From assembly GCA_965201075.1 (NCBI GenBank), contig CBDAVP010000002.1, forward strand, positions 1-64,000: DNA of 64,000 bases, given 5' to 3'. The position numbers were made by a program, and so were the translations under genes. Source of the DNA: Isosphaeraceae bacterium (GTDB taxonomy: Bacteria; Planctomycetota; Planctomycetia; Isosphaerales; Isosphaeraceae). Below, piece by piece: positions 9,519 to 19,101 of the stretch (positions are counted from its first letter, which is position 1; each line of letters starts with the position of its first letter). A model generated the notes under the pieces. It worked only from the letters and a program-made list of their open reading frames with translations. It was not told the origin of the DNA and did no database searches.

Positions 9519-10307
9519 ATGGTCGAACGCCGTTACGTGTTTCCGGGCGTCATCGAGATGAACGTCCAGGCGCGCAAGCGCTTCGGGGTCAACATCTACC
9601 TCATCGACGGGGGGTCGGAATTCGCCCTGCTCGATGTCGGATTTCTGGACGATTTGCCCGAAGTTCTGGAGCTGATCCGCCGAATGGGGTTTAGCCTCTC
9701 GGCCTGCAAGATGATTTTGGTCTCTCACGCCGACATCGACCACACCCAGGGATTGGCTCGGGCCCGCGAAGTCCTCAAGTGCAAGGTCGCGGCGCACCCC
9801 AAGAGCATCCCGCCGATCCAGGACGGCGACGAACTGCTGACCTTCGCCCGCATCGACGCCCAGAACATCCACGTCCCGATGCCCAAGTGCAAGGTCGACC
9901 TCGCCATCAACGAGGGTGACACGATCCGCGTCGGTGACCGGACGCTGGAAGTCTGGAGCACTCCGGGACACACCGCCGGCCAGCTTGCCTTCAAGATGGG
10001 CGACCTGCTGTTCAGCGGCGACAACATTTTTCGGGATGGCTGCGTCGGCCTGATCGACGCCCACCACGGGTCGAACATTGTCGACTTCCTGGCGAGCCTG
10101 AGGCGGATCAAGGCCAGCGACGCCAAGTTCTTGCTTCCGTCCCACGGGCCGATCTTCCGCAAGGATGATGCAATGATCGACCGGACGATCGACCGCCTGG
10201 AGTCATACACCCACATGTCCGATTTCGGCACCTGCGCCGTGGACTGGCCCTTGCTGGACCAGTGGGAAGATGAACTGGTCGCCGGTCGGACACCCATGGA
10301 CGCCTGA
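9519..10307 (+). CDS. MBL-fold metallo-hydrolase
   Basis: SHADIDH, TPGHT, FSGD, LPSHG. Confidence 0.88.
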   Translation: MVERRYVFPGVIEMNVQARKRFGVNIYLIDGGSEFALLDVGFLDDLPEVLELIRRMGFSLSACKMILVSHADIDHTQGLARAREVLKCKVAAHPKSIPPIQDGDELLTFARIDAQNIHVPMPKCKVDLAINEGDTIRVGDRTLEVWSTPGHTAGQLAFKMGDLLFSGDNIFRDGCVGLIDAHHGSNIVDFLASLRRIKASDAKFLLPSHGPIFRKDDAMIDRTIDRLESYTHMSDFGTCAVDWPLLDQWEDELVAGRTPMDA

Positions 10308-10317
10308 CGCTCTGTGT

Positions 10318-10545
10318 TCAGCCCCGAGGGCGTTTCGGAATCGACCAGACGGTGGCCAGCGACCCGACGATGTACAGCAGGGCCAGGGGGACGGTCAGAT
10401 AGCCCGAATGCTGGTGGATCTTGACCCACTTCTCGACCTGAGTCGGTTTGCCGACGATGATCAGGCCCAGGACGAGTTGCATCACGAGCAGGATCGCCGC
10501 CAGACTTCCCAGCAAAATCAAGGTGGTTTTCCAGCGGCCGTTCAT
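10318..10545 (-). CDS. Small two-TM hypothetical membrane protein
   Basis: Two hydrophobic helices flanking HQHSG; fills the gap between two + strand genes. Confidence 0.6.
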   Translation of the reverse strand: MNGRWKTTLILLGSLAAILLVMQLVLGLIIVGKPTQVEKWVKIHQHSGYLTVPLALLYIVGSLATVWSIPKRPRG

Positions 10546-10669
10546 TGCGTCAATTCCCTCGAAACGTTGCGGGGATTTCTCGACCAACCGGGGGAAGAAT
10601 AGACGATTGGTTGGCCGAGGTCACGGTCTCGCGCTCGGAATGGCCTGGCGAGTTGGTTAAACTTGGGCG

Positions 10670-11365
10670 ATGGATTCGGCAAGACTGCGAGACAACCTGG
10701 AAGCGGTTCGCGAACGGATCGGCCGCGCCGTGAGACGCTCGGGGCGCACCCCGGAAGTCGTGCGACTGGTCGCGGTCACGAAGCGGCGACCCACGGAAGC
10801 CTCGCGTGTGCTGGCCGGGTGCGGGGTTGTTGATCAGGGGGAAAATTACCCTCAGGAACTCTGGGCCAAGGCCGAAGCGACGGAGCATGAGCCAATTCGC
10901 TGGCACCTGATCGGCCACCTGCAAGGCAACAAGGCGAGGAAGACGCTCCCGCTGGTGCGGATGGTTCATGCGGTCGACTCATTGAAGCTGCTCAGGTTGC
11001 TGGCGGACCTCGCCGCTGGCCTGCCCGATCCTCCGTCGGCGTGTCTTCAGGTCAACGTCTCGGAGGAGGCGGCCAAGCACGGGTGGTCGGTTTCGGAGAT
11101 TCTGGCCGAGTCTCGGGAAATCGCCGCCACGACCGGTATCCCGATCGTGGGGTTGATGACGATCGCGGCGCAGTCCACGACGCCCGAGGGAGCCCGGCCC
11201 GCGTTCGCGAAACTCCGAGCGGTTCGCGATGAGTTGCGGACGCGGACGGGGTTGGCCCTGCCGGAGCTTTCGATGGGGATGTCGGGGGACTACGAAGTCG
11301 CGATCGAAGAAGGAGCGACGCTGGTCCGTGTCGGCTCGGCCCTGTTCGAGGGGATCGACCCGTGA
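10670..11365 (+). CDS. yggS: YggS-family PLP homeostasis protein
   Basis: LVAVTK, GENYPQE, WHLIGHLQGNK, LSMGMSGDY, GATLVRVGSALF. Confidence 0.95.
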   Translation: MDSARLRDNLEAVRERIGRAVRRSGRTPEVVRLVAVTKRRPTEASRVLAGCGVVDQGENYPQELWAKAEATEHEPIRWHLIGHLQGNKARKTLPLVRMVHAVDSLKLLRLLADLAAGLPDPPSACLQVNVSEEAAKHGWSVSEILAESREIAATTGIPIVGLMTIAAQSTTPEGARPAFAKLRAVRDELRTRTGLALPELSMGMSGDYEVAIEEGATLVRVGSALFEGIDP

Positions 11366-11661
11366 TCGCCGTGACGGAACACCCCGAGGGCGCCAGCTTT
11401 CCGGTTCGTGCCCAGCCCGGGGCGAAACGCAATGCTCTGCTGGGGGAGCGGTCCGGGGCCTTGCGGGTCTCGTTGACGGCTCCGCCGGATCAGGGGCGGG
11501 CCAACGACGCCCTCCGTGCGTTTCTGGCCGAGTCGCTGGGTGTCCGGGGCTCGCGAATTGCCTTGTTGACCGGTCAGACTTCACGCAACAAACGCATTCT
11601 GGTCTCGGGCCTCAATGTCACGGAATTGTCGGCGAAGCTCGACCGACTTCCCCAGTTCTAG
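11362..11661 (+). CDS. yggU: DUF167 (YggU) family protein
   Basis: PGAKRN, APPDQGRAN, GQTSRNK; overlaps yggS stop. Confidence 0.9.
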   Translation: MIAVTEHPEGASFPVRAQPGAKRNALLGERSGALRVSLTAPPDQGRANDALRAFLAESLGVRGSRIALLTGQTSRNKRILVSGLNVTELSAKLDRLPQF

Positions 11662-11672
11662 GTTGTTCCGAG

Positions 11673-12965
11673 ATGCGCGAGTTTCCCAACGAGATCGAAG
11701 TCGCCCCGTGGACACCCACCAATCCGGTCCGCGTCCAGGTTCCGGGTTCCAAAAGCCTGACGAATCGGGCCTTGATTGTCGCGGCCCTCGCCTCGGGCCC
11801 ATCTCGGCTGACCGGCGCCCTCGACAGCGAGGATACCCGGGTCATGGTCGAGGCCCTCAAGCAGTTGGGGATCGCGATCGTCCACGACCCGGCGGCCTCG
11901 ACGATCGAGCTGACCGGCTGCCTGAACCGGGTCAAGGCGAAGACCGCCGACCTGTTTGTGGCCAACTCGGGGACGAGCCTGCGGTTCCTGACGGCGCTGG
12001 TCGCCACCAGCCGGGGGACGTATCGGCTCGACGGCACGCCCCGGATGCGGCAGAGGCCCGTGGCGGATCTGCTCCAGGCGTTAAATGGGCTCGGAGCGGA
12101 CGCCCGGAGTGACCTGGGGACCGGCTGTCCGCCCGTGACGGTCGAGGCCCACGGGCTCGATGGCGGCTACGCGTTCGTCAACGGCGACGTGTCGAGCCAG
12201 TTTCTGAGCGGGCTCCTGATGGCCTTGCCGGCATCGAAGGCGGTGACGACGGTGGAGGTCGAGGGACTTTTGGTGTCTCAGCCTTATATCGCGATGACCC
12301 TGGAAGTCATGGAAGCGTTTGGAGTTCGGATCGGCAACCACAAGTTCCGACGCTTCAACGTCGAGCCGGGCCATTACAAGGGGCGGCCTTATGCTGTCGA
12401 GCCGGATGCCTCGGCGGCGAGCTATTTCTTCGCGGCGGCGGCGGTGACGGGTGGGACGGTCACCGTGGAAAGGCTGGGGAGCCGCAGCGTCCAGGGGGAC
12501 ATGGGGTTCGTCGACATCCTGGAGCACATGGGCTGCACGGTCGACCGCAAGCCCTTGGAGACGACCGTGACCGGGGGAGTCTTGCGCGGGGTCGACGTGG
12601 ACATGAACCCGATCAGCGACACCGTGATGAGCCTGGCGGCCGTGGCGCTGCATGCCCAGGGGATCACCCGGATACGCAACGTGGGTCACATCCGCCACAA
12701 AGAAACCGACCGGATCGCCGCCGTCGCCAACGAGTTGCGCAAACTAGGCGCGACCGTCGAGGAGCAATCCGACGGCCTGGTCATCGTCCCCCCCGACCGC
12801 CCGACCCCGGCGCGGATCGCCACCTACGACGACCATCGGATGGCGATGGCGTTCGCGGTCGCGGGTTTGCGTTCGGGAGGGGTGACGATCCTGGAACCCG
12901 GGTGCGTGGCCAAGACCTATCCAGGGTTCTGGGACGACCTCCAGACGCTTCGCGGCGGCGCTTGA
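11673..12965 (+). CDS. aroA: 3-phosphoshikimate 1-carboxyvinyltransferase (EPSP synthase)
   Basis: PGSKSLTNRAL, NSGTSLRF, SSQFLS, RHKETDRI, DHRMAM, KTYP. Confidence 0.96.
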   Translation: MREFPNEIEVAPWTPTNPVRVQVPGSKSLTNRALIVAALASGPSRLTGALDSEDTRVMVEALKQLGIAIVHDPAASTIELTGCLNRVKAKTADLFVANSGTSLRFLTALVATSRGTYRLDGTPRMRQRPVADLLQALNGLGADARSDLGTGCPPVTVEAHGLDGGYAFVNGDVSSQFLSGLLMALPASKAVTTVEVEGLLVSQPYIAMTLEVMEAFGVRIGNHKFRRFNVEPGHYKGRPYAVEPDASAASYFFAAAAVTGGTVTVERLGSRSVQGDMGFVDILEHMGCTVDRKPLETTVTGGVLRGVDVDMNPISDTVMSLAAVALHAQGITRIRNVGHIRHKETDRIAAVANELRKLGATVEEQSDGLVIVPPDRPTPARIATYDDHRMAMAFAVAGLRSGGVTILEPGCVAKTYPGFWDDLQTLRGGA

Positions 12966-12991
12966 CGCCTCGCGAAACGATCCGCTAAAGT
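12962..12991 (+). promoter_or_regulatory. Candidate sigma-70 promoter for aspS
   Basis: TTGACG-18 nt-TAAAGT, -35 box overlapping the aroA stop codon. Confidence 0.4.
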
Positions 12992-13073
12992 TGGGCTCGG
13001 CCTCGCCCTAACCTGTTGGCAAATCAGAGGCCGAGCAATTGGTCCGCCCGTTCGACCTCCCTTGAAAGTCGCC

Positions 13074-14831
13074 ATGCTCAAGCGGTCTCACACCTGCGGC
13101 GAATTGTCGGCCGAGCAGCAAGGGCTGACGGTCACCCTGAACGGCTGGGTCGATACCCGTCGGGACCACGGCGGCCTGATCTTCATCGACCTGCGCGACC
13201 GGTTCGGTCTCACCCAGGTCGTCTTCGAGCCCGAGGCCGGCGCCCCTTTGATGGACCTGGCGCACTCCTTGCGCAACGAGTTCGTCATCGGCGTCAGGGG
13301 AGTCGTGACGCCGAGGCTGGCCGGCAAGGCGAATCCCAAACTGCGGACCGGAGAGATTGAGGTTCGGGTCAAGGAGTTGGAGGTTTTCAACGCCACCCAG
13401 ACCCCCCCGTTCGAGATTCAGGGGGCCGAGGCGAACGAGGAATTGCGGCTGAAGTATCGCTTCCTGGACCTCCGACGCCCCGCCATGCAGGCGATCTTCG
13501 TCCTGCGTCACCGGATGGCCCAGGTGATGCGCAAGGCGATGGCCGATAACGGTTTCCTCGAAGTGGAGACCCCCGTCCTGGGCCGCAGCACGCCGGAGGG
13601 GGCTCGCGACTTCCTTGTCCCCAGTCGAGTCCACGAGGGGCACTTCTACGCATTGCCCCAGTCTCCGCAATTGTACAAGCAGTTGTTGATGGTCGCGGGG
13701 TTCGACCGCTACTTCCAACTGGCCCGCTGCTTTCGGGATGAAGATTTGCGGTCCAATCGTCAGCCGGAGTTTACCCAGCTTGACGTGGAGATGTCGTTCG
13801 TCGAGGACGAGGACATCATGTCGGCAATGGAGCCTCTGGTCGCGGCGATCGCCCTGGAGTTCGGCGGCGAGACGATCACCTTGCCGTTGCCCCGCGTCGA
13901 CTACGCCGACGCGATGGAGCGGTTCGGCGTGGACCGGCCCGACCTTCGTTACGGGATGGAACTGAAGGATCTGGCCGACCTTGCGTCGCGGACCGAGTTC
14001 AAGGTCTTTCAGCAGGCCAAAGGCGCCGGGCATCGCATTCGTGGCCTCTGCGCTCCGGGAGGGGGCTCGTACAGCCGCAAGGACCTCGACGGCCTGACCG
14101 AGTTCGCTGGCACTTTTGGAGCGAAGGGCCTGGTGTGGCTGAAGGTTGAGGCGGACAGCTTGACCGGCCCCACCGCGAAGTTCTTCCCGGCCGACGTCCA
14201 GACAGCGCTTCGAGAGCGGTTCGACGCGAAGGCGGGCGACCTGATTTTGATCGTCGCGGATTCCCAGGCGGTGACGAGTCAGGCGTTGGCGAACCTGCGG
14301 ATCAAGCTGGCGGCCGACCTCAAGGTCTATGACCCGAAGACGTTCCATTATTCCTGGGTGGTTCGGTTCCCGCTCCTGCACTGGGATGCCGAGGAGGGGC
14401 GCTACGCCGCCGAGCATCACCCGTTCACGATGCCGCTGCCCGAGGACTTGCCGCTGCTGGAGACCGACCCGGCAAAAGTGCGCGGGCAGGCGTATGACCT
14501 GGTTATCAACGGCGAGGAGGCCGGGGGTGGGACGATCCGCTGCCATGACTCGGCGGTCCAGGCGAGGATTTTCGCCTTGCTGGGCCTGTCGCCCGAGGAG
14601 GCGGAGGAGAAGTTCGGCTTCCTGCTGAGCGCGCTGCGGTTGGGCGCCCCGCCTCACGGTGGCATCGCGCTGGGTTTTGACCGGATGGTGATGCTGTACG
14701 CGGGGTTGAGCAATATCCGCGACTGCATCGCCTTCCCCAAGACTGCCAAGGGGACCGACCTCATGACCGGAGCGCCGGGGACGGTGGACCCCCGGCAACT
14801 TCGCGACCTGCATGTGAAGCTGGCGACTTGA
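13074..14831 (+). CDS. aspS: Aspartate--tRNA ligase, probably non-discriminating Asp/Asn type
   Basis: RRDHGGLIFIDLRD, STPEGARDF, LPQSPQ, FRDED, PPHGGIALGFDR. Confidence 0.97.
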   Translation: MLKRSHTCGELSAEQQGLTVTLNGWVDTRRDHGGLIFIDLRDRFGLTQVVFEPEAGAPLMDLAHSLRNEFVIGVRGVVTPRLAGKANPKLRTGEIEVRVKELEVFNATQTPPFEIQGAEANEELRLKYRFLDLRRPAMQAIFVLRHRMAQVMRKAMADNGFLEVETPVLGRSTPEGARDFLVPSRVHEGHFYALPQSPQLYKQLLMVAGFDRYFQLARCFRDEDLRSNRQPEFTQLDVEMSFVEDEDIMSAMEPLVAAIALEFGGETITLPLPRVDYADAMERFGVDRPDLRYGMELKDLADLASRTEFKVFQQAKGAGHRIRGLCAPGGGSYSRKDLDGLTEFAGTFGAKGLVWLKVEADSLTGPTAKFFPADVQTALRERFDAKAGDLILIVADSQAVTSQALANLRIKLAADLKVYDPKTFHYSWVVRFPLLHWDAEEGRYAAEHHPFTMPLPEDLPLLETDPAKVRGQAYDLVINGEEAGGGTIRCHDSAVQARIFALLGLSPEEAEEKFGFLLSALRLGAPPHGGIALGFDRMVMLYAGLSNIRDCIAFPKTAKGTDLMTGAPGTVDPRQLRDLHVKLAT

Positions 14832-14851
14832 TCGAACCGGGGAGGGTCGAC

Positions 14852-15451
14852 TCAGGGTTTTCGCCAGAGGGTCGTTTCGGTGACCGCGTTTCGACTGCGA
14901 TGGACGACCGGCCAGTTCTCCGGAACGCCCCACTCGCGAAGTGGCATGCGGTCGGTATTGTCGACCAGGAGCAGGCCGCCGGAGCGGAGCTTGGGGAGGG
15001 CCGCGACGATGCAGGCCTGCCGGTAGTGGCCATCGACGACGACGAAGTCGAGCGAGCCGTCGGCGAAATCCTCGGCCACCCGGACGTACCGGGGTATTGG
15101 GTCGTACTGGGCCAACGTCGGGGCGTTCAGGTCGTGGTCCAGCGGCACGTAGCGGCACTCGACGCGTTTGAGACCCGCCGCGTCGAGCCGTTTCTGGACC
15201 TCGGCCTGCCAGCCCTGTTGATACTCGATGCTCAGGAGCGACCCGAGCCGCCGGCCAAACCAGGCGGTGCTCCGGCCGCTGCCCCACTCCAGTCCCGTCT
15301 GGTCGGGGCGCAGGTGCTCGTCGCAGAAGCGGACGGCGCCCTGGGAGAGCCAGGGTTCGTCCGGATGCCTCAAGGTGTAGACCTTGTAAGCCACCAGGCG
15401 AAGAGCCTTGCCCGGTTGGGCCAGGTGGCGCGGCAAGTCTCGGAGCTTCAT
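14852..15451 (-). CDS. Class I SAM-dependent methyltransferase-like protein
   Basis: LEWGSGRST motif I, DFVVVDG, GGLLLVDN. Confidence 0.75.
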   Translation of the reverse strand: MKLRDLPRHLAQPGKALRLVAYKVYTLRHPDEPWLSQGAVRFCDEHLRPDQTGLEWGSGRSTAWFGRRLGSLLSIEYQQGWQAEVQKRLDAAGLKRVECRYVPLDHDLNAPTLAQYDPIPRYVRVAEDFADGSLDFVVVDGHYRQACIVAALPKLRSGGLLLVDNTDRMPLREWGVPENWPVVHRSRNAVTETTLWRKP

Positions 15452-15504
15452 CGCGACGGTTCCCCCAGCCTTTGAACGCTCGACGCCCTCGATAGGCGCG
15501 ATCC

Positions 15505-16488
15505 TCAAGGTTTGCCAGTCGGCGCAGCGGCCGTCAAGAAGCCTTGCCCCTTCATCCAGGTCGCGCAGAGCCCGGGCCAGGCCGCGAAGGCGGGGTTGCC
15601 GGGCACGTTGAACTCGGGCGCGCCCTGGCCGAGGCCCAGCCCGTGCTGCCCTTTCTCGAAAAGATGCAACTCGACGGGGACGCCCGCCTTGCGCAGGGCC
15701 ATCGCGAAGAGAAGACTGTTCTCGGCCACGACTCCGGTGTCGGCGTCGGTCTGGGCGAGGAACGTGGGCGGGGTCTTCGGCGTGACCTGCGTCTCGTTGG
15801 AGAGGCTTTTGAGCAACTCGGGGCTGGGGTGGCTGCCCAGGAGGTTGTCTCTGGAACCGCCGTGGGCGTATTCGGTGGCCAGGGCGATGACCGGGTAGGC
15901 CAGGATCACCAGGTCGGGCCGGCACCCCTGGCGGTCGATGGCGTCCGGGGCGTTGGCTTGGCCGTCGTCGAAGTGGGTGCCGGCCGTCGAGGCGAGGTGC
16001 CCGCCCGCCGAGAACCCGACGATCGCCACCCGCTTCGGGTCCACGCCAAACTCAGCACTCCGAGCCCGCACGGTGCGGATCGCCCTCTGCGCGTCGTGCA
16101 TCATCGCCGGGTGATGATATTTCGGGGCCAGCCGGTACCGCAGAACGAAGGCGGTCACTCCCTGGGTGTTGAGCCACTCGGCGACCTGGGTCCCTTCGTG
16201 GCTGGAGGCCAGGAAGCCGTAACCCCCTCCGGGACAGATCACCGCGGCGGCGCCGTTGGCGGTTCCGTCCTTGGGCCGAAAGGTCGTCAGCGTGGGGATG
16301 TCGCCCGCGTTGTTGTCGTCGCCCGGCTCCTTGCCCAGAGCCCCCGGCGCTCCTTCGGGCCAGAGCGGGAAGGTCGCGGGCGACTTGATCAGGGCATCCC
16401 CCGCCACGGCAAGTCTCCCTGAACCCGAAATCAAGGCCAATCCGACGGCCAGCCGACTGGCCCATCGCCGTCCCGTACCCAGTTCCAT
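15505..16488 (-). CDS. Secreted alpha/beta hydrolase (carbohydrate esterase-like)
   Basis: Signal peptide, CPGGGY, GFSAGGHLA nucleophile elbow, PPTFL, GQHGLG. Confidence 0.88.
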   Translation of the reverse strand: MELGTGRRWASRLAVGLALISGSGRLAVAGDALIKSPATFPLWPEGAPGALGKEPGDDNNAGDIPTLTTFRPKDGTANGAAAVICPGGGYGFLASSHEGTQVAEWLNTQGVTAFVLRYRLAPKYHHPAMMHDAQRAIRTVRARSAEFGVDPKRVAIVGFSAGGHLASTAGTHFDDGQANAPDAIDRQGCRPDLVILAYPVIALATEYAHGGSRDNLLGSHPSPELLKSLSNETQVTPKTPPTFLAQTDADTGVVAENSLLFAMALRKAGVPVELHLFEKGQHGLGLGQGAPEFNVPGNPAFAAWPGLCATWMKGQGFLTAAAPTGKP

Positions 16489-16620
16489 CGCACTACCTCG
16501 CACTCAAGACGCGGAAGGCCCGCCGGTGACCAGGACGCTGGGCCTTAGTCTCGACCGGGCCGGGCTCGGAGTCAAACCCCTACTCACAAGGACCGAGGTT
16601 GGCATGATCCCGAAATCTCT

Positions 16621-16635
16621 CTGCCAAATTGACAG
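16621..16635. promoter_or_regulatory. Imperfect palindrome, candidate activator binding site
   Basis: CTGCCAAATTGACAG (reverse complement CTGTCAATTTGGCAG), about 80 bp upstream of the -24/-12 site. Confidence 0.4.
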
Positions 16636-16712
16636 GGCTCGCACGGGGCGAGCATTCCTTCGCTCGATCCATAACTCTCTAATCACCAGGAAGTTAGGAA
16701 ATCGAGAAAGGC

Positions 16713-16728
16713 GGGCATGATTCGTGCT
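16713..16728 (+). promoter_or_regulatory. Candidate sigma-54 promoter of the chaperone cluster
   Basis: GGGCATGATTCGTGCT = GG-N10-GC, about 120 bp upstream of groEL. Confidence 0.55.
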
Positions 16729-16846
16729 GAGAGCGGAGGGGTGAGTCGAGACCGGGCTAGGCGGACAGCCGGCCGGGTCTTGCGATCTCGGCCTCCGCTC
16801 GCGGCGGGCCGGGGGTGTCGACCGCATCCAGCGAGGGAGAATCACC

Positions 16847-18538
16847 GTGGCGAAGTTGTTGGCCTACGAGGACGAGGCGCGCCAGAAGCTGGCCAATGGC
16901 GTGTCGAAGCTGGCCAAGGCGGTCCGCAGCACGCTCGGCCCGCGCGGTCGCAATGCCGTGATCGACAAGGGCTGGGGCAGCCCCACCGTCACCAAGGACG
17001 GCGTGACCGTCGCCGAGGAAATCGAGCTGACCGACCCCTACGAGAACATGGGGGCGCAGCTCGTCAAGGAAGCCGCCAGCAAGACGTCCGACGTCGCGGG
17101 CGACGGTACCACCACCGCCACCGTGCTGGCCGAGGCGATCTTCAAGGAAGGCCTGCGAGCCCTGGCCGCCGGTGCCGACCCGATGGCGCTGAAGCGGGGC
17201 ATCGACCAGGCCGTCGTCCAGGTCGTCGAGCACCTCAAGGGGCAGGCTCGCAAGGTTTCCGGCAAGAAGGAGATTACCGAGGTCGCCACGATCTCGGCCA
17301 ACAACGACCCGGCCGTCGGCGCGAAACTGGCCGACGCGTTCGAGAAGGTCGGCACCGACGGCGTCATCACCGTCGAGGAAGGCAAGTCGTTCGAGACCAC
17401 CGTCGACGTGGTCGAGGGGATGCAGTTCGACCGCGGCTTCCTGTCGCCCCACTTCGTCACCGACCAGGACCGCCAGGAAGTCGTCCTGGAAGACCCGTAC
17501 ATCCTGATCCACGAGGAGAAGATCAGCACCCCGAAGGTGTTGATTCCCCTCCTGGAGCAGATCGCTCGGGCCAACAAGCCGCTTTTGATCATCGCCGAGG
17601 ACGTGGAGAGCGAGGCCCTGGCGACCTTGGTCGTCAACAAACTGCGCGGCATCCTGAACGTCGCGGCGGTGAAGGCTCCCGGCTACGGCGACCGCCGCAA
17701 GGCGATCCTGGGCGACATCGCGGCCTTGACCGGTGGCCAGGCGGTGTTCAAGGATCTGGGGATCGACATGGAGGCGATCAAGCTCAGTGAGCTAGGTCGC
17801 GCCAAGAAGGTCACCATTGACGGCGAGAACACCACGATCGTCGAGGGGGGCGGCTCCTCCGACGCGATCAAGGGCCGCACCGAGCAGATCCGCCGAGAGA
17901 TCGGCCAGACCGATAGCGAATACGACAAGGAGAAGCTCCAGGAGCGCCTGGCCAAACTCGCCGGAGGTGTCGCCCAGATCAACGTCGGCGCCGCCACCGA
18001 AACCGAGTTGAAGGAGCGTAAGGCCCTGGTCGAGGACGCCCTGCACGCCACCCGCGCCGCGATCGAGGAAGGCGTCGTCCCCGGCGGCGGCACCGCCCTG
18101 ATCCGCGCCGCCAAGGCCCTCGATAGCTTGAAACTGCAAGGCGATGAGGCCAGCGGCGTGGCGATCGTCCGTAAGGCCCTGGAGCAGCCCGCCCGCTCGA
18201 TCGCCGAGAACGCGGGACTCGACGGCGCGGTGGTCGTCCACAAGATCCAGAAGTCCGACGACCCCAACTTTGGTTACAACGCCGACACTGGCGCCTGGGG
18301 CGACCAGTTCGCCGCCGGCATCGTCGACCCGGCCAAGGTCACCCGCTCGGCCCTCCAGAACGCCGCCAGCGTTGCCAGCCTCCTGCTGACGACCGAGGCC
18401 ATCATCATCGAGAAGAAGGAAAAGAAGCCGGCCGGCGGTGGGCACGACCACCACGACCACGGCGGCGGCATGGGTGGTATGGGAGGCATGGGCGGAATGG
18501 GTGGCATGGGCGGAATGGGTGGCATGGGGATGATGTGA
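16847..18538 (+). CDS. groEL: Chaperonin GroEL, paralog 1 (His-rich plus GGM tail)
   Basis: [42 protein letters not shown]. Confidence 0.98.
   Translation: MAKLLAYEDEARQKLANGVSKLAKAVRSTLGPRGRNAVIDKGWGSPTVTKDGVTVAEEIELTDPYENMGAQLVKEAASKTSDVAGDGTTTATVLAEAIFKEGLRALAAGADPMALKRGIDQAVVQVVEHLKGQARKVSGKKEITEVATISANNDPAVGAKLADAFEKVGTDGVITVEEGKSFETTVDVVEGMQFDRGFLSPHFVTDQDRQEVVLEDPYILIHEEKISTPKVLIPLLEQIARANKPLLIIAEDVESEALATLVVNKLRGILNVAAVKAPGYGDRRKAILGDIAALTGGQAVFKDLGIDMEAIKLSELGRAKKVTIDGENTTIVEGGGSSDAIKGRTEQIRREIGQTDSEYDKEKLQERLAKLAGGVAQINVGAATETELKERKALVEDALHATRAAIEEGVVPGGGTALIRAAKALDSLKLQGDEASGVAIVRKALEQPARSIAENAGLDGAVVVHKIQKSDDPNFGYNADTGAWGDQFAAGIVDPAKVTRSALQNAASVASLLLTTEAIIIEKKEKKPAGGGHDHHDHGGGMGGMGGMGGMGGMGGMGGMGMM
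18440..18535 (+). repeat. Coding low-complexity tail GHDHHDH-G-(GGM)n of GroEL1
   Basis: Direct translation; degenerate 9-nt GGN-GGN-ATG repeats. Confidence 0.9.
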
Positions 18539-18651
18539 TCCTCGGCGACTTGCCTGGCGAGTCTCCCTTTTGACTTGACGACCCTTCACCGGGCCTCGCG
18601 AACGGGGCCCGGCTTTCTCTCCAATCGCATGATTCCCGAAGGACCCCAGTG

Positions 18652-18942
18652 ATGGCCAAGATTCGCCCGCTCGAAGATCGCGTCGTCATCAAGCAGATCG
18701 AGGCCGAGGAAAAGACCTCCGGCGGGATCGTGCTGCCGGACACCGCCAAGGAAAAGCCCCAGCGTGGCAAGGTCGTGTCGGTCGGCCCCGGCAAGTTGCT
18801 GGACAACGGCACCCGCGCCGAGATTGGCCTGAAGGAAGGCGACGAGGTGCTCTTCGGCAAGTATTCGGGCACCGACCTGAAGGTTGACGGCGACGAGGTG
18901 AAGATCCTCCGCGAGACCGACATCCTGGCCAAGATCGTCTAA
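18652..18942 (+). CDS. groES: Co-chaperonin GroES
   Basis: [32 protein letters not shown]. Confidence 0.98.
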   Translation: MAKIRPLEDRVVIKQIEAEEKTSGGIVLPDTAKEKPQRGKVVSVGPGKLLDNGTRAEIGLKEGDEVLFGKYSGTDLKVDGDEVKILRETDILAKIV

Positions 18943-19101
18943 CCCGCAACGGCGACGGGTCCTTGAGAATCGACTGAGGTGAAGTCGGCCGGGCGAACCG
19001 CGGGGGAAACCCGCCCTTTCGCTCGACCGATTTCCCGATCCCGCCTCGGACCTCGTCGTCCGGCACCCACCACTCAGAACACTTTCTCCCGGGAGCGAGC
19101 C

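Noticed and set aside
13008..15287. 759-aa minus-strand ORF
   Set aside because: Antisense to aspS, Arg/Pro-rich with no domain signal
16489..16846. CIRCE element before groEL
   Set aside because: Only an isolated GCACTC near 16500; no inverted partner at 9-nt spacing
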